From Eledone cirrhosa (lineage: Eukaryota), in NCBI GenBank assembly GCA_964016885.1, contig OZ024740.1, positions 82,646,001 to 82,710,000 of the forward strand: a stretch of 64,000 nt of DNA, read 5' to 3'. A program made the translations under genes and the position numbers. A model generated the notes under the pieces. The model was not told the DNA's origin and searched no databases. It was given only the letters and a program-made list of their open reading frames with translations. Positions 15,485 through 28,900 of this stretch are shown piece after piece. Each line of letters begins with the position of its first letter. The first letter of the stretch is position 1.

Positions 15485-17362
15485 GGTTGTTGTTCAAATT
15501 TAATGATGTGTAGTGTGTATCGTTTTGGTTGTTTTGTTTCGTTTGCGTTTGTTGTGGGTTTGTTTCTGTTTCGCTTTTTGGTGACTTTTGTGGTGTTGGT
15601 GATGGTGGTGTTAGGGTTAATGATGGTGATAGTGTTGGTGTCTGTGGGGATGGGGTTGGCGATGCTGGTGTGGATGGTGGCATATCTGTCCTAACTTTTT
15701 TGTTTGATAGATTATTTGTTTCCCTCTGTATTTTGTTTTTAGGGGGTGAGGGAAGAGAATTTTTTGGGGGAGGTTTCTTTTTTTCGTTTTCCCACTCCTC
15801 GTCGTCACAATCTGTCTCCAGTTGCGATAAGCCGGGGAGTGGAAAATCCTCCACAGGCGTTGGTTTTGGTTGTGGCGTGGTGGATGGTGTAGGCGCAGGT
15901 GCTAGTTCTGGCGCGTTGGGTGGTGGTGGTGTTGGTTTTGCTACTGTTGCTGGGGTTGTTGCTGTTACAGTTGCTTCTGTTGTTGCTGCTACAGTTGTTG
16001 CTGCCATCTCTGCTGCTGGTGGTGTTAATGGTTGAGTCACTGGGGTGGGTAAGAGAGGTGGCCTCAACCTTTTAGCCTGAGGGCAGAAAGCCCTTAGGTG
16101 GGTTCCTTCACCACAAACGACACACATAGGCCTTATTCTCTCGACGATTACGGTGAGGTGGCTGTCGTCAGTGAGGTCTATTACCTCTGGGATCTCCTCA
16201 ATGCATTTTTGGTCCGCTTGGATCAGGAGCTCCATCCCAGATCCGGACTAGTTCTCCTGCTTTTCTTTCGCTATTTCTATTATTTTGGTGTTGGCTTCGA
16301 TGCCGGCGAGGACGGCAGGCATTAACCAGGGAATTTCGATGGCCGGTGAAACGTGGGTCACACTGATCTTCACGAGCTTCTGGCCACAATAGCTCGGGAC
16401 GAGTGTTAAGTCGTCACTTCTTAATGGGGCCATGGAATTTTCTCTGGCCTCCTGTGGTGTTTCAAAGAACACCTCCACGGTTCTATATTTCTGCCCACGT
16501 CTGATGTGGGGTTTTATTTGCCCACAAATGTCCCAAAGCTTTTTGGATTTGGGACTCGGATGCCCGTTCCACTCGGCGCGATTTTATATTAATTGTTCGA
16601 AAAGACACGGTGCATAGGCGCCGATGCTCCATTTTATTAGGTGGGGGAGGTGAGGCTGACTCTGTACCCATCTTTCTTTACCATTTTTTTGGCTTCTTCT
16701 AATTCCTCCTGAGTTACCTGAAATGCTTCGCACTGTTTTGCTACGCTGGCAAAACTCAGGGTGGTTTTCTTAATGTCATTGTTGCTGTTGTTGTTATCGT
16801 TATTTTTGTTATTAATTTTAGTTTCAGGTCTGATGGTGGTGGTGGCGTCAGTGGTGTTCGATGTGGAAGAGTTCATTTTGCTTGAATTCATTTCGATATC
16901 ACGAGTTAATGTATTTTTTCTTTTGTTTCTGTTGTCGCGGTGGTGGTGGTGGGGGTGGCGGCTTCAACACCTGCAGTCATTGGTAATGGCGGGAAATGAA
17001 TGTCTGGCTGAGTCAAATTTAAAATATTGCTACTGCTTACATTTTTAGTGTTGGTAAACGTAGTAATACTTACAATGGTGGTGTCGGTGTGAGGTGTTAG
17101 TTTGTGAGGAAAGGCTCTCAGCTGCTTGGTGTAACTGTGAGTCGTCCATGATTTTTTCAAAGAAATTCTTTGTTTGATAATCATAAAAGTTTAAATTTTG
17201 GGCTCAAGGCCCCAATCTTTTTGAGTGTCCTTTTCAGAAAGCAATGAATGTGCACTTATAAACAGTTAACAATAACATTTTCCATAAATGGCAATTTTAA
17301 ACAACTGAAAATAACAAACCTTTGCGGAGGTCACGATAATACGATTTCCTACATACGTCGCC

Positions 17363-17417
<55 letters not shown>

Positions 17418-17419
<2 letters not shown>

Positions 17420-20400
17420 GATTTCATTTATTGGCCACAAGGGCCGACATATAGGGGACAATACAAAAGACTGGGACAGTGGGGTTTTACAGAAAAATCG
17501 AGTAAACAATATGAATAAACAAAAGTAACAATAACAAAGTAACATTAAAGTAACAAGAAAATTACAACAAGAAAAAATTCCCCAATAGGGGGGATGACCA
17601 CCTAGGGTTCGCTCAGGTACCCCACCAGTCCTGAACGATCCGACGATTCGAGAGCACCCTGGAAGGACACCCCTCTCCTCTTCAAATTTACCTACCTACA
17701 GCCGCATGACCAGAGTAGACCCACTCACACGGGCCATTCTCGCCACATTCACCCACCTCTCAGCAAATGTACTGGGGAGCAGCACTTCTCTCTCCACCCT
17801 CACCTTCCTTTCCAAGTGAAACTTGAAAAAGTTGATGAGGGATTGGCCGAAGAGAAAGTGTCTGTCTTCAGTCCTTTCAACCTCGTCCACCATACAACCT
17901 CTTTCGCTACTGCCACCAGACAGAGGAACATTGCCTGCCCTTCCTGGCCAAAAGAAGGCGGCGGGTCGATCTTCACTATGGACTCGGCCGATAGCCGGAT
18001 CCGTTCTACAGGCGGCAACAACTGTTCAACATATTTCCACAAGTCAGTAATGCACGGACACTGGACGAGTGCGTGAAGAACGGTTTCGTCGCTCTGCGCG
18101 CATCTCGGGCAGGTCCGTCTGACAGCACTTCCGTGCCTGTAGAGTTTATCTCGAAGAGGCAGTGCCCCACGGTAGCACTGCCAAGCGAGGGATTTTTAGA
18201 AATTATTCATCGTCCCCGGCTCGAAAGTCCTCCGGTACAGACTGGTTAGTTCGACTTCGTTGACTCCCTGAGCCTCTCCGAGTAGGTCGTCGCACTTGCC
18301 ACCACTAATCCTCTATAGAACTCGAGAGTGGAAGTTCCACTGACCGCATTTCCCACCTGGTAGAGGGCAGTGAGTGCCTGGCAACATTCCAGATGCCAGT
18401 CACCCAGTCTCGGTCTCTTCTTGACCCAGGACTGCAACTCAGTCAAAGAAACGAGCTGCGGAAAGGCCCGTCTGACAAACGGCGACCACACCTGTTCACT
18501 GTTTAGGCAGAATATCTGGAGATGCCGCAGCCTCAGCGCGTGCCTGCGCATCATTAGCCACTGCTTGCCCAGCCCTCCGCGTACAGGGTGCTGGCAGCAG
18601 ATGGACCGCCTCACCAGCGGAACCTGACCCCTCCACAAGAATTTGAAGAGGAGCCGCTCCAAGATGGCGAGGCGCGAACGGGGGCAAGGGACGACAGTCA
18701 GACGGTAGTAGATGACAGACGCGACGTACGCGTTTGCCACCTCCCCTCGACCTTTCAGTAATAGCTTCATCCCAGCCCATTTCTGGGTGAGACTGACTAC
18801 CCTGCCCGTCACCTCGTCAAAATTCTTATCCACCTGGAGGTCTGGCCCGAACCAAACTCTTACCAACTTTACCGGTCCGTCCGTCCAGCGCCTAACGACG
18901 CTGTTGGACGGCATGGACTTGCATCTCCAGGTGCCGAGTTGCAAGCCTACTGACTTTCCGGGTTAGGTTTTGTTCCCGTCAACCTTTCATACTCCTCCAA
19001 TAAGTTTCCGACCACCTCGATCTCTGAGGTGTCCGACACCATCACGGTGATGTCGTCCGCATAAGCCGACACAGCCTTTCCGCGTTGCGGTTCGAGCGGG
19101 ATGCCCTGTAACAGCTCCAGCTTCCTCAGTAAAGGCTCGAGAGTCAATACGTACAGAAGGGAGGAGAGAGGGCACCCTTGACGGACCGATAGGGAGACCT
19201 GAAACGGTTCCGAGAGGTGGCCATTAATTTTGACCAGCGAGCAGGTGCTGCTGTGCATTGCAGCGATCCATCTTCTGAAGATGGGGCCGAAGCCAGGTTT
19301 ACACCCTACCCTCTCTATGATGTATCGCAATAAGTGGAGGTTGTCGTGTATGGACCTGGTTGGGATTGCGCATGTTTGCGCCTCTCCAACCAAATCCCCG
19401 ACGACAAGCGCCAACCTCTTCGCTAACACCCTGGCCAAAATCTTAAACTCTGTGTTGAGCAGAGTTATGGGCCTGATATTGTTTAATGTTTCCCTCTTGT
19501 TCTCGTCTTTCCTTATCAGCGTCACTACGCCCCGGCTCACAGAACTGGGAATACTCCCGTTTTGCTGCCAGTTGCAGTAGCGCTTCGAGGAGATTGGAGA
19601 ACAAGTCTGGCATATTTACGTAAAGCTCGTAGGGCAGACCATCCAAACCGAGTGACTTGCGCCTCATGCAGCCTACAAGGGCATCCTGAATCTCGGCTGA
19701 AGTAATTGGCCTTTCGCAGCGCCCAGCGTCAACCGTCGAGAGTTGCGGCAAGCCATCGATGTAGGGACTGAAGTCCGCCACTATCTCTGACTCGCCACTT
19801 CCCCCGAACAACCGAGCATAATGTTGGCGAAAGGCCTCACACATCCTCTTGCAATCGTTCAGCTCTTGCCCGTCTCGGTCCGTCAAAGACCGAATCGTGG
19901 TTTTATTACCACGCTGCGCCTCTATCATCGGGCCTATCGAACAGCTTTGGTTCCCTCGTTTCTTAGAGTAAGCGCCTTAGCTCTGACAATGCAACCTTTG
20001 TTTCGCATTGAAGAAATGGTCTAATGCCATTCTAGCCGCTAGCACACCAGTTGCAATGCCACTACCAATAGCCTCGTCTAACTTATCTACAACACCCCCT
20101 CCTTTCTATTTTTCTCTAATGCTACTTCTTTGCTAAACTCTATCGACATTACTCTAATCTCTCTTCTGAGAGCCCCCCGCCATCTATTGTTGACGACTCC
20201 CCATGTCAACTTTTTCTTAACTAAATTGTTGACCTGGTCCCTGTAAGCCTTACGTGCCGGAAATGAGATGTTTAGCTTCCAGTAAAAAGGTCCTAACCTA
20301 CGCGTCTTATCTAGGTCGACCATACAGATCACAAACTTGTGATCTGAATAGGCGACCGTTTCAAAACGTGAACAGCTTACACTATTTCTATCTATTTTCC

Positions 20401-23167
20401 TAATGAATATCTTGTCTATATACGATCTACATGACCCTATGCGGTTAGCCCAGGTCCACACTGGCGCATTAGGGAAATCTAGTCGGTACCTGTCAGACAG
20501 TTGGAACTGGCTGATCAGGTTCTTGAGGCTTTTGCACTCCCCGCTCCTATCGGATACTCCCACACAGTCCCAGCATTCGTCTAGGATGCCATTCCAGTCC
20601 CCCGCTAACAGTAAAGGGCGAGACGTACCCAGAAAGGCTTCCAGGCGCCTAAAGAACTCAGGCCGTCCTGCCCCTGTAGGAGATAGACGGCCACCAGTCT
20701 AAAGGCACCACCTTCATTATTGTTCATGTCCAGGACCACCAACTTCCCGTCCGTGTCCCGGAAGATAGGACCTTACCTCGAGATCCAGGCTTTTCCTAAA
20801 CAGCACTGCCACCCCGCCTCCCATTCCCGGCCGGCTAACAGATGCAAAGATCTGATAGTCGTCGAAAATGGGGGCTAGTGCGCACGTGTCTGAAATCCTG
20901 GTCTCGCTGACTGCAATTACATCCATTTCTATAGACCTGAGGTATTTGAGCAGGTGACCCTGCTTCCAGGACGATCCCAGGCCTCGAACATTTAAACATC
21001 CTACTCTTAATACGGCCATGTTGGCAGGTTAAACAGAGAGAGAGGAAGGTTTACTTACCATCCGGGCTCTTGTGAAGATCGGGTTGTTCAACCTCCATAG
21101 TTAGTGAGGTTTCTTTTGGGAACCCCTTTAACAGTCTTGAAGTGGGTTTTACGTTCGAGGTTCCCACGTCCCGAGGAAAGCTGTCTCGTATTTCTTTGAA
21201 TATGTCGAGCGACATTCGCACCAGAACCAAATCTTCCGGCACGCGAAATGTGCTCGATTTAAAAATGTCCCACTCTTTTTGTATATTTTCACTTCGAGCT
21301 ACGAGGGCCATCAGTTCCTTGTTGCCCCTCCTGACGAGCACGAAGTTTTGTATGTTTTGTTGGTGTGATTTTATTTGTTTGCGGGCTGTGGTGGTGATGG
21401 TTTTGGTGGTGTTGTTTCGGTTGTATCTGTGTTTGTTGTGAGTGCGGTGTCTGTGGTTTCAGATGTTTGTGTGTATATTTGTTCTTGCGTCTGTTTCGTT
21501 TGTTTGCGTTTGGGGGATTCTGGTGATGGTGATGGTGGTGTTGATGTTGGTGTTATTGGAAATATGTTTGCATGGGTGGTTATCTGCGTTTTTTATTGTG
21601 GGTGCTTTTGTGCTTTGTTGAGTTTTTTTTTTCTCTTTGTGTTTCCTTTTTTGTATTTTGGGGGATTTTGGATTTCCCTCATTTTCACTACTGGTAGATG
21701 AGGGGTCTGTGTCTGTAAGTGTGTCTTTATGTATGTTTAACGTTTTATTGGTGTGTGTATTTTTTGGGGGGAGGGGAAATTTGACAGCTTCCCTCATTTC
21801 CCCCCTGGGTGGTCAATGTTGATGGTGGTCTTTCTATTGGTGTTGTTGGTGGTTTTGCCGGTGCAGGTGTTGGTTGTGGTCCTCGCCCCGGCGTCGGCAG
21901 CAGTGGAGCCTTTCGACCCCTTTCCCCTTTCAGCAGTTGAGGGCAGAAGGCTCGCAAATGGGTTTTTTCCCCACAAAAAAACACTGCCTTCGGTCATAAT
22001 GTGAAGGCGGATGTGGTCTGGGATTGTCTTCACATTCTCGGGCCTGATCTGGAGACGGATCTCCAGGTCAACCCCGGACCAGTCCTCACTGGCCGTTCTG
22101 GTCACTTCTATAGGGACTGTATCCGTCCCCTCCGCAATCACACATCCCAGAAGCCACCACATGTCAAGTCCTGGTGGGATTCTGGGAATGCGGAGACGGG
22201 CCGTGCTTGTTCCCATTTGGGAGGGGTACATTATGACCTTGCTGGTTTTGCAAGGAGTCATAGCGTGTTTTATAGCGAGGGCTTCTGACTTGAACAACAC
22301 CGAAATGGTGCCGTACTGTCTGCCCCTCTCTATGTACTGGGTGTCTTCTCTGATGCACCTCAGCGCGACTTCGACATCTTCTTGTGGGATTAACGCTGCC
22401 CTTTTGATTTGTGCTGAGATGCAACTATAATGCACGGTTTTGCGCTCCACTGCGCTCTACCGGGACAGTTAAGTTGGCCCAAGTTTGCTCTTACTTGATG
22501 AGCTTCCATGCCTGGGCCAACTTTTCATCTTTGTTTGAGAGGTCCATGTTGAAGCATGGCCTCTTTCTTGTTGTTGCCGCACCGAAAGTGGTCTTGTTTT
22601 CGTTGGGGGTGTTGTTGACGTTGTTCTTGTTGGTGTTAGCACTGTCGCTGTTATCATTGTTGTCTTTGTTGCCACCGTTGTTCTCGGTGCAGTTGGTATT
22701 GTTGCTGTTGGTGTTGTCGCTATTTGTTTTCATGTTAGTGGTGTTGATATTGTTGTTGTATTTATTATTTTTTATTGTTGTTATCTGTATTTTCGTTGTC
22801 GCTGTTAGTGTCATTTTTTTCAAAATTAGAGTTCTTATTGATATCATTGGTGTCTTTGTTTACCTTGTTTGTGGTGGTGTTTGTCTTATCAATGTGTGTT
22901 AATTTCGCTGTAGCGTTCCTCTCAACCTCTACGTTGGTGTCGCACGACAGCCAACATATCGCTGGGGGGCGTGGCTCAGCCATGTTTTTTTTTTTTCGTA
23001 AATTTTTTAACATGTAAAAAAAAGTTCAAATATTATACTTTCCCCTTCAAGGGGCAAAGTCTAAGGGCTTATATCCCTTACACAACGAGAAATATTTAAC
23101 AACAAATAATTTAAACATGCAAATAAAGCGACTTAATGTGAGCGAGCAAAATACGTCCACTTAGACC
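17418..23167 (-). mobile_element. Tx1-clade element T2, full span, frameshifted (divergent family)
   Basis: ORF1 pieces at 21051-22983 have an Asn-rich N-terminus. ORF2 pieces at 17696-21019 start MAVLRVGCLNVRGL. Flanked by (AAT)n at 17363-17417 and 23168-23200. Confidence 0.92.
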
Positions 23168-23169
23168 AA

Positions 23170-23200
<31 letters not shown>

Positions 23201-25580
23201 GATTTCTTTATTGGCCACAAGGGCTGACATCAAGAAAAACATCACAGACGGAACAGGACGGTACGATGTGGGTTTTGTGCGTGTAAATATTTTTATTATT
23301 TATATAAGAAAAGAAAAAAAACATAAAACATATATATATATATATAAACAATAAAATGAAAATTGAAACAATGAAAGATTCCCCAATAGGGGGGAAACCT
23401 CCGAGGGTTACTCGTGGCGAAAACCACACAAAAGACCACGGCTACCCTGACGACCAGGACAAGCGCCCTCTCTCAATTGTTCCATCTCTCAAACTACAGA
23501 CGTATATTCAGAATGGTCCCGTTTACTCGGACCATTCTCGCTACATTCACCCACCTTTCAACAAACTTGCTAGAAAGCAGCACTTGCCTCTCCACCCTGA
23601 TGTTCCTCTTCAAGTGAAACTTGAAAAAGTTAATCAGGGATTCGCCGAAGAGGAAAGTGTTTGTCTTTAATCCTTTTAACCTTGTCCACCACACAATCTC
23701 TTCGACATGGCCACCAGGCAGATGAGAACCGCCTGCCCTTCCTCCCCAAAGGAAGACGGCGAGACCATCTGCACAATGGACTCAGTCGACAACCGGATCA
23801 GTCCCACAGGTGACAGCAACTGTCCGACATAGCTCCACAAGTCAGCAATGCTCGGGCACTGAACCAGTGCGTGCACAACGGTTTCGTCGCTATGCGCGCA
23901 TCTCGGACAGGCTCGGCTGACGGCACTTCCGTGCCTGTAGAGCTTATCTCGAACCGGCAGCGCCCCCGGTAGCACTGCCAGGCCAGGGATTTTTGGAAGT
24001 TATCCATAGGCCCCGGGCTGAAAGTTCTCCGGAAGAGAGCAAGCAGCTGATCTTCTTCGACGCCCAGGATCTCTCCGAGAACGTCGTCGCTCTTCCCCTC
24101 CACTAGTCCTCTATTGAACGCCGAGGTGGATGTTCCACCATACTGGTGCCCAACTGGGAGAGGGCAGTGAGCGCCTGGAGACATTCCAGTTTCCAAGCGC
24201 TATCCCTCGGTCTTTTTCTGACCCAGGACTGCAGCTCCGTCAAGGAGACGAGCTGTGGGAAAATGTGCCTGGCGAACGGCGACCACACCCGTTCACCATC
24301 AAGGAAGCACCAGAGATGTCGCAGCCTCAGCGCATGTTTGCGCATCATCAGCCAAGGCATGCCCAGTCCTCCACGCAACGGGTGTTGACAGCAGATGGAT
24401 CGTCTGACCCTGGGAGCGCGTCCCTTCCACAAAAAGCGGAAGAGGAGGCGCTCCATTTTGGTGAGAGTTGGGCTGTAGCAAGGGACGACGGGAGGCGGTA
24501 GCAGATGACGGATGCGATGTACGCATTCGACACTTCCGCCCTGCCTTTCAGGGACAGCTTCCTCCCACCCCATTTCTGGGTGAGGGAGGCCACCCTGCTC
24601 GTCACCTCGTTCCAGTTTTTCTCTACCTGGAGGTCCGGTTTGAACCAGACCCCGGGCAATTTGAACCGGTCCGTCCGTCCAACGCCCCACAACGCTGTCG
24701 GACGGCATGGACTAGCCTCTCCAGGTGCCTAGCTGCAAGCCCACCGACTTTTCCAGGTTTATATTTGCTCCTGTCACCGTTTCGTATTGCTTGAGAGAGG
24801 TGCCGAGCATCTGAACGTGTCTGGTGCTCGACACCACCACAGTGACGTCGACAGCGTAAGCCGACTCGAATTTCCCGCATCCTAGTTCGCGTGGGACGCC
24901 CCTCATCGCCCCCAGTTTGTGCAGTAACGCCTCGAGAGCCAATACGTACAAGAGGGACGAGAGGGGAAAACCTTGGCGGACTGAGCGCATGATGCTGAAC
25001 GGCTGCGACAGGTCACCGTTCACCCTCACAACTGAGCAGATGTCGCTGTACATTGCTGCGATCCAACGCCTGAAAACGGGCCCGAAACCAGCTGCCTCGA
25101 GGACCGCAGCCAGGTACCGATGGTCGACCCTATCGAATGCTTTGGATTGATCCAAGTTGATCAGGGCCCCACCCTTGCCAGGATCCTTAACCACCCTCTC
25201 TATGATGTATCGCATGAGGTGGAGGTTGTCGTGTATGGATCTGTCCGGGATGGCGCATTTCTGCGCCTCTCCCGCCAGACCCTTGCCAAACAAGCGCCAA
25301 CCTCGTTGTTAACACCTTGGCGAAAATCTTGACGCAGAGATATGGGCCTAAAATTATCAATAACATCCCCCTTGTTCGGGTCTCTTCTCAGCAGCGCCAC
25401 TGCTCCCCGGCTTACACAACTGGGAATGCTCCCATTCTGCTGCCAGTTGCAGTAGACGCCTGCCAAGAGGTCACCGAACAAGTCTGGCATAAATGCATAA
25501 AGCTCGTAAGGCAGACCCTCTAAACCTGGCGATTTACGCATTGTGGAGTTAGCCATCGCTTCCAGTATTTCACTGCCTGT
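23201..25580 (-). mobile_element. Tx1-clade element T3 (family B), 5'-truncated
   Basis: RT fragments (LDQSKAFDRVDH; YAVD), a C-terminal CPRC...H...C zinc finger and an AATAAAGAAATC(ATT)n end. Its 3' UTR is shared with T6. Confidence 0.9.
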
Positions 25581-25662
25581 TAATAATAATAATACAACAA
25601 ATAATTTAAACAGGCAAATAAAGCGACTTACTGTGAGCGAGCAATATACGTCCGCTTAGACC

Positions 25663-25706
<44 letters not shown>

Positions 25707-25965
25707 TTTCTTTATTAACCACAAGGGTTTACATAAAGTAGACATTAAGGACAGTGCAGGACAATGCAGGACGGTACAAATGGGCATTTCTGCGTGTAAA
25801 CAAACAAAAACAGAGGATGTAACAAAAATAACAATGAAAATAACAATGAAAAATTCCCCAATAGGGGGAGACTTCGGAGGGACATTTGTGGAGAAAGCCC
25901 AGTAAAAAGCCACAATGACCCTGACCACCAAGGCAAGTGCCCTCTCCCAGTTTTCCACCTTTAGT

Positions 25966-28900
25966 TTACAGATATATACTCAGAGTCGGCCCATTTACTC
26001 GGGCCATTCTTGCTTCTCTCACCCATCTTTCAACAAAATGCTGGGAAGAGAGCACTTCCTTCTCTACTCTGATTTTCGTTTTCAAATGAAATTTGAAAAA
26101 GTCAATCAGAGCATCACCGAAGAGGTAAGTGCTCGTCTTCAGCCCTTTCAAACGTGTCCACCATACTATCTCTTTCGCCATGGCCACCAGACAGATAAAA
26201 ACTGCCTGCCCTTCCCGGCTAAAGGAGGAGGGCGGGGCAATCCTCACGATAGACTCAGATGATAGCTGGATCCGTCCTAAACGCGACAGCAGGTGTTCGA
26301 CATAAACCCACAAGTCAGCAATTTTCGGACACTGGACGAGTGCGTGCAGGACGGTTTCGTCGCCCTGCGCGCATCTCGGACATGCCCGTCTGACGGCACC
26401 TCCATGCCTGTAGAGTTTATCCCGAACTGGCAAGGCTCCTCGGTAGCACTGCCAGGCCAGAGATTTCTGGAAGTTGTCCATAGGCCCTGGCCCGAAAGTT
26501 CTTCCGAAGAGATTGGCTAGTTGATTTTCGTCGACGCCTAGAGTTTCCCCAAGTACGTCGTCGCTCTTCCCCTCCACTAATCCTCTATAGAACGCCGAGG
26601 TGGAGTTTCCACCGATCACATTGCCCGATTGGTCGAGGGCTGTGAGCGCCTGAAGACATTCCAGTCTCCAGGCGCTCCCTCTCGGTCTTCGCTTGACCGA
26701 GGACTGCAGCTCCGTCAAGGAAACGAGCTGGGGAAAAACGCGTCTAGCAAACGGCGACCACACCTGATCACCGTCGAGGAAGAGGTGGAGATGTCGTAGC
26801 CTGAGCGCGTGCCTGCGCATCATCAGCCACGGCATGCCCAGCCCTCCACGTAGCGGGTGTTGACAACAGATGGACCGCCTGACCATCGGAGCACGTCCCT
26901 TCCACAAAAAGCGAAAGAGCAAACGCTCCAGCGCAGTCAGGCGAGGCTTAGGACAAGGTACGACGGTTAGGCGGTAGCAGATGACAGACGCGATGTACGC
27001 GTTAGCCACCTCCGCTCGACCTTTCAGGGATAGCTTCCTCTCCGCCCATTTCTGGGTGAGAGAAGCCACCCTGCTCGTCACCTCGTCCCAGTTTTTGTCC
27101 GTCTGGAGGTCCGGACCGAACCAGGCCCCTAGCAATTTAACCGGTCCGTCCGTCCAGCGCCCGACGACGCTGTTGGACGGCATGGACCTGCCTCTCCAGG
27201 TGCCGAGCTGCAGGCCCACTGACTTTTCCTGGTTGATCATTGCTCCTGTCACCGCTTCGTATTCTCTTAGTGTAGTGCCGATCGCCTCGATGTGTTTGGC
27301 GTTCGACACCAATACGGTGACATCGTCCGCATATGCTGACACGGATCTTCCGCATCCTAGTTCGCGCGGGACTCCCCTCAACGTCTTCAGTGTGTGCAGT
27401 AATGGCTCGAGAGTCAATACGTACAAGAGGGACGAGAGGGGACATCCTTGGCGGACCGAGCGCATGATGTTGAACGGTTCCGAGAGGTGACCGTTCACTC
27501 TCACCACAGAGCAGATGTCGCTGTGCATGGCAGCGATCCAGCCTCTGAAGACGGGCCCAAAGCCAGCCGCCCTCAGGACTGCCGCTAGGTAACGATGGTC
27601 GACCCTATCGAAAGCTTTCGACTGATCTAAATTGATCAAGGACCCACCCGTGCCAGGTTCCCTAGCTACCCTCTCTACGATGTATCGCATGAGGTGGAGG
27701 TTGTCGTGGATGGATCTGTCGGGAATGGCGCATGTCTGCGCCTCTCCCACCAGACCACCAACGACAAGCGCCAACCTCTTTGCTAGCACCTTGGCCAAAA
27801 TCTTAAACTCTGTGTTTAGCAGAGTTATGGGCCGGAAATTGTCTATGTTATCCCCCTTGTTCGGATCCTTTCTCAGCAGTGCCACCGCTCCTCGGCTCAC
27901 AGAACTGGGAATTCTCCCGTTCTGTTGCCAGTTGCAGTAGACGTCCGCCAAGAGGCCTCCGAACAAGTCTGGCATCTGTACGTAAAGCTCATAGGGCAGA
28001 CCATCCAAACCAGGCGATTTACCCCTTGTGCAGCCAGTCATTGCCTCCCGTACTTCAGCGGCTGTTATCGGCTTTTCGCAACACTTCGCCTCAGTGGCCG
28101 AGAGCCGCGGCAGTCCGTCGAGGTAGACACTAAAGTCCATCCCTCTACCCGGCCCCCCGCTTCCCCCGAACAGCTGAGCGAAGTGTCGCTGAAAGGCTTC
28201 ACACATTTGCCCGGGATCGAGTAGCATGCGCCCGTCGTGGTCCACCAAAGACCGGATCGTGGCTTTGTTTCCACGACGCGCCTCCGCCACTCGGGCCCAT
28301 TGAACGGCTTTCGTCCCCTCGTGTCTGAGAGCACGCACCCTAGCTCTGACAACGCAGCCTTCGTGCTTTGCATTGAAGAATTGGTCAAGGGCCAATTTCG
28401 CCGCAAGCACGTCGGTCGCAATGCCTTTGCTAAGCGCCTCGTCTAATTTTCTAACTAGTTCTCCCTCTGCTCTATTTTTCTCTATTGCTAAAGCCTTACT
28501 AAACCTAATCGATTCTATTCTAATCGCTCTTTTCAGAGCAAACCACCACTTGTTGTTGACGATGGCCCCCGTCAACGCCCGCTTAACTAGTTCGCTAATC
28601 CGGTCTCTGTAGGCCTTGCGCGCTGGTAAGGACGCGTTTAGCTTCCAGTAGCCGGGTCCTCGTCTATGAAGCCTATCTAAGTCAAGCACACAGATCACGA
28701 ATTTGTGGTCCGTGTAGCTGACTATCTTGAATTGTGGACAGCCTATGCTAGACCTATCTATTTCCCTACAAAATACTCTATCTAGATATGATCTGGATGA
28801 CCCTATGCGGTTTGTCCAAGTCCACATTGGCACATTCGGGAAATCCAATCGGTACCTGTCAGACAGTTCAAAACGCCTGAGCAGGTTGGTGAGGCTCTTG

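Larger units (their letters stand above)
11748..17362 (-). mobile_element. Tx1/L1-clade non-LTR retrotransposon T1, full span, frameshifted (ORF2 family A)
   Basis: ORF1 fragments at ~15050-17149. ORF2 fragments carry APE motifs (GDWN, YLDR, TDHK) and RT motifs (LDQSKAFDRV, QGCPLS, YADD). The 3' end is AATAAAGAAATC(ATT)n and both sides are flanked by (AAT)n. An internal 3' deletion lies near 11900. Confidence 0.92.
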
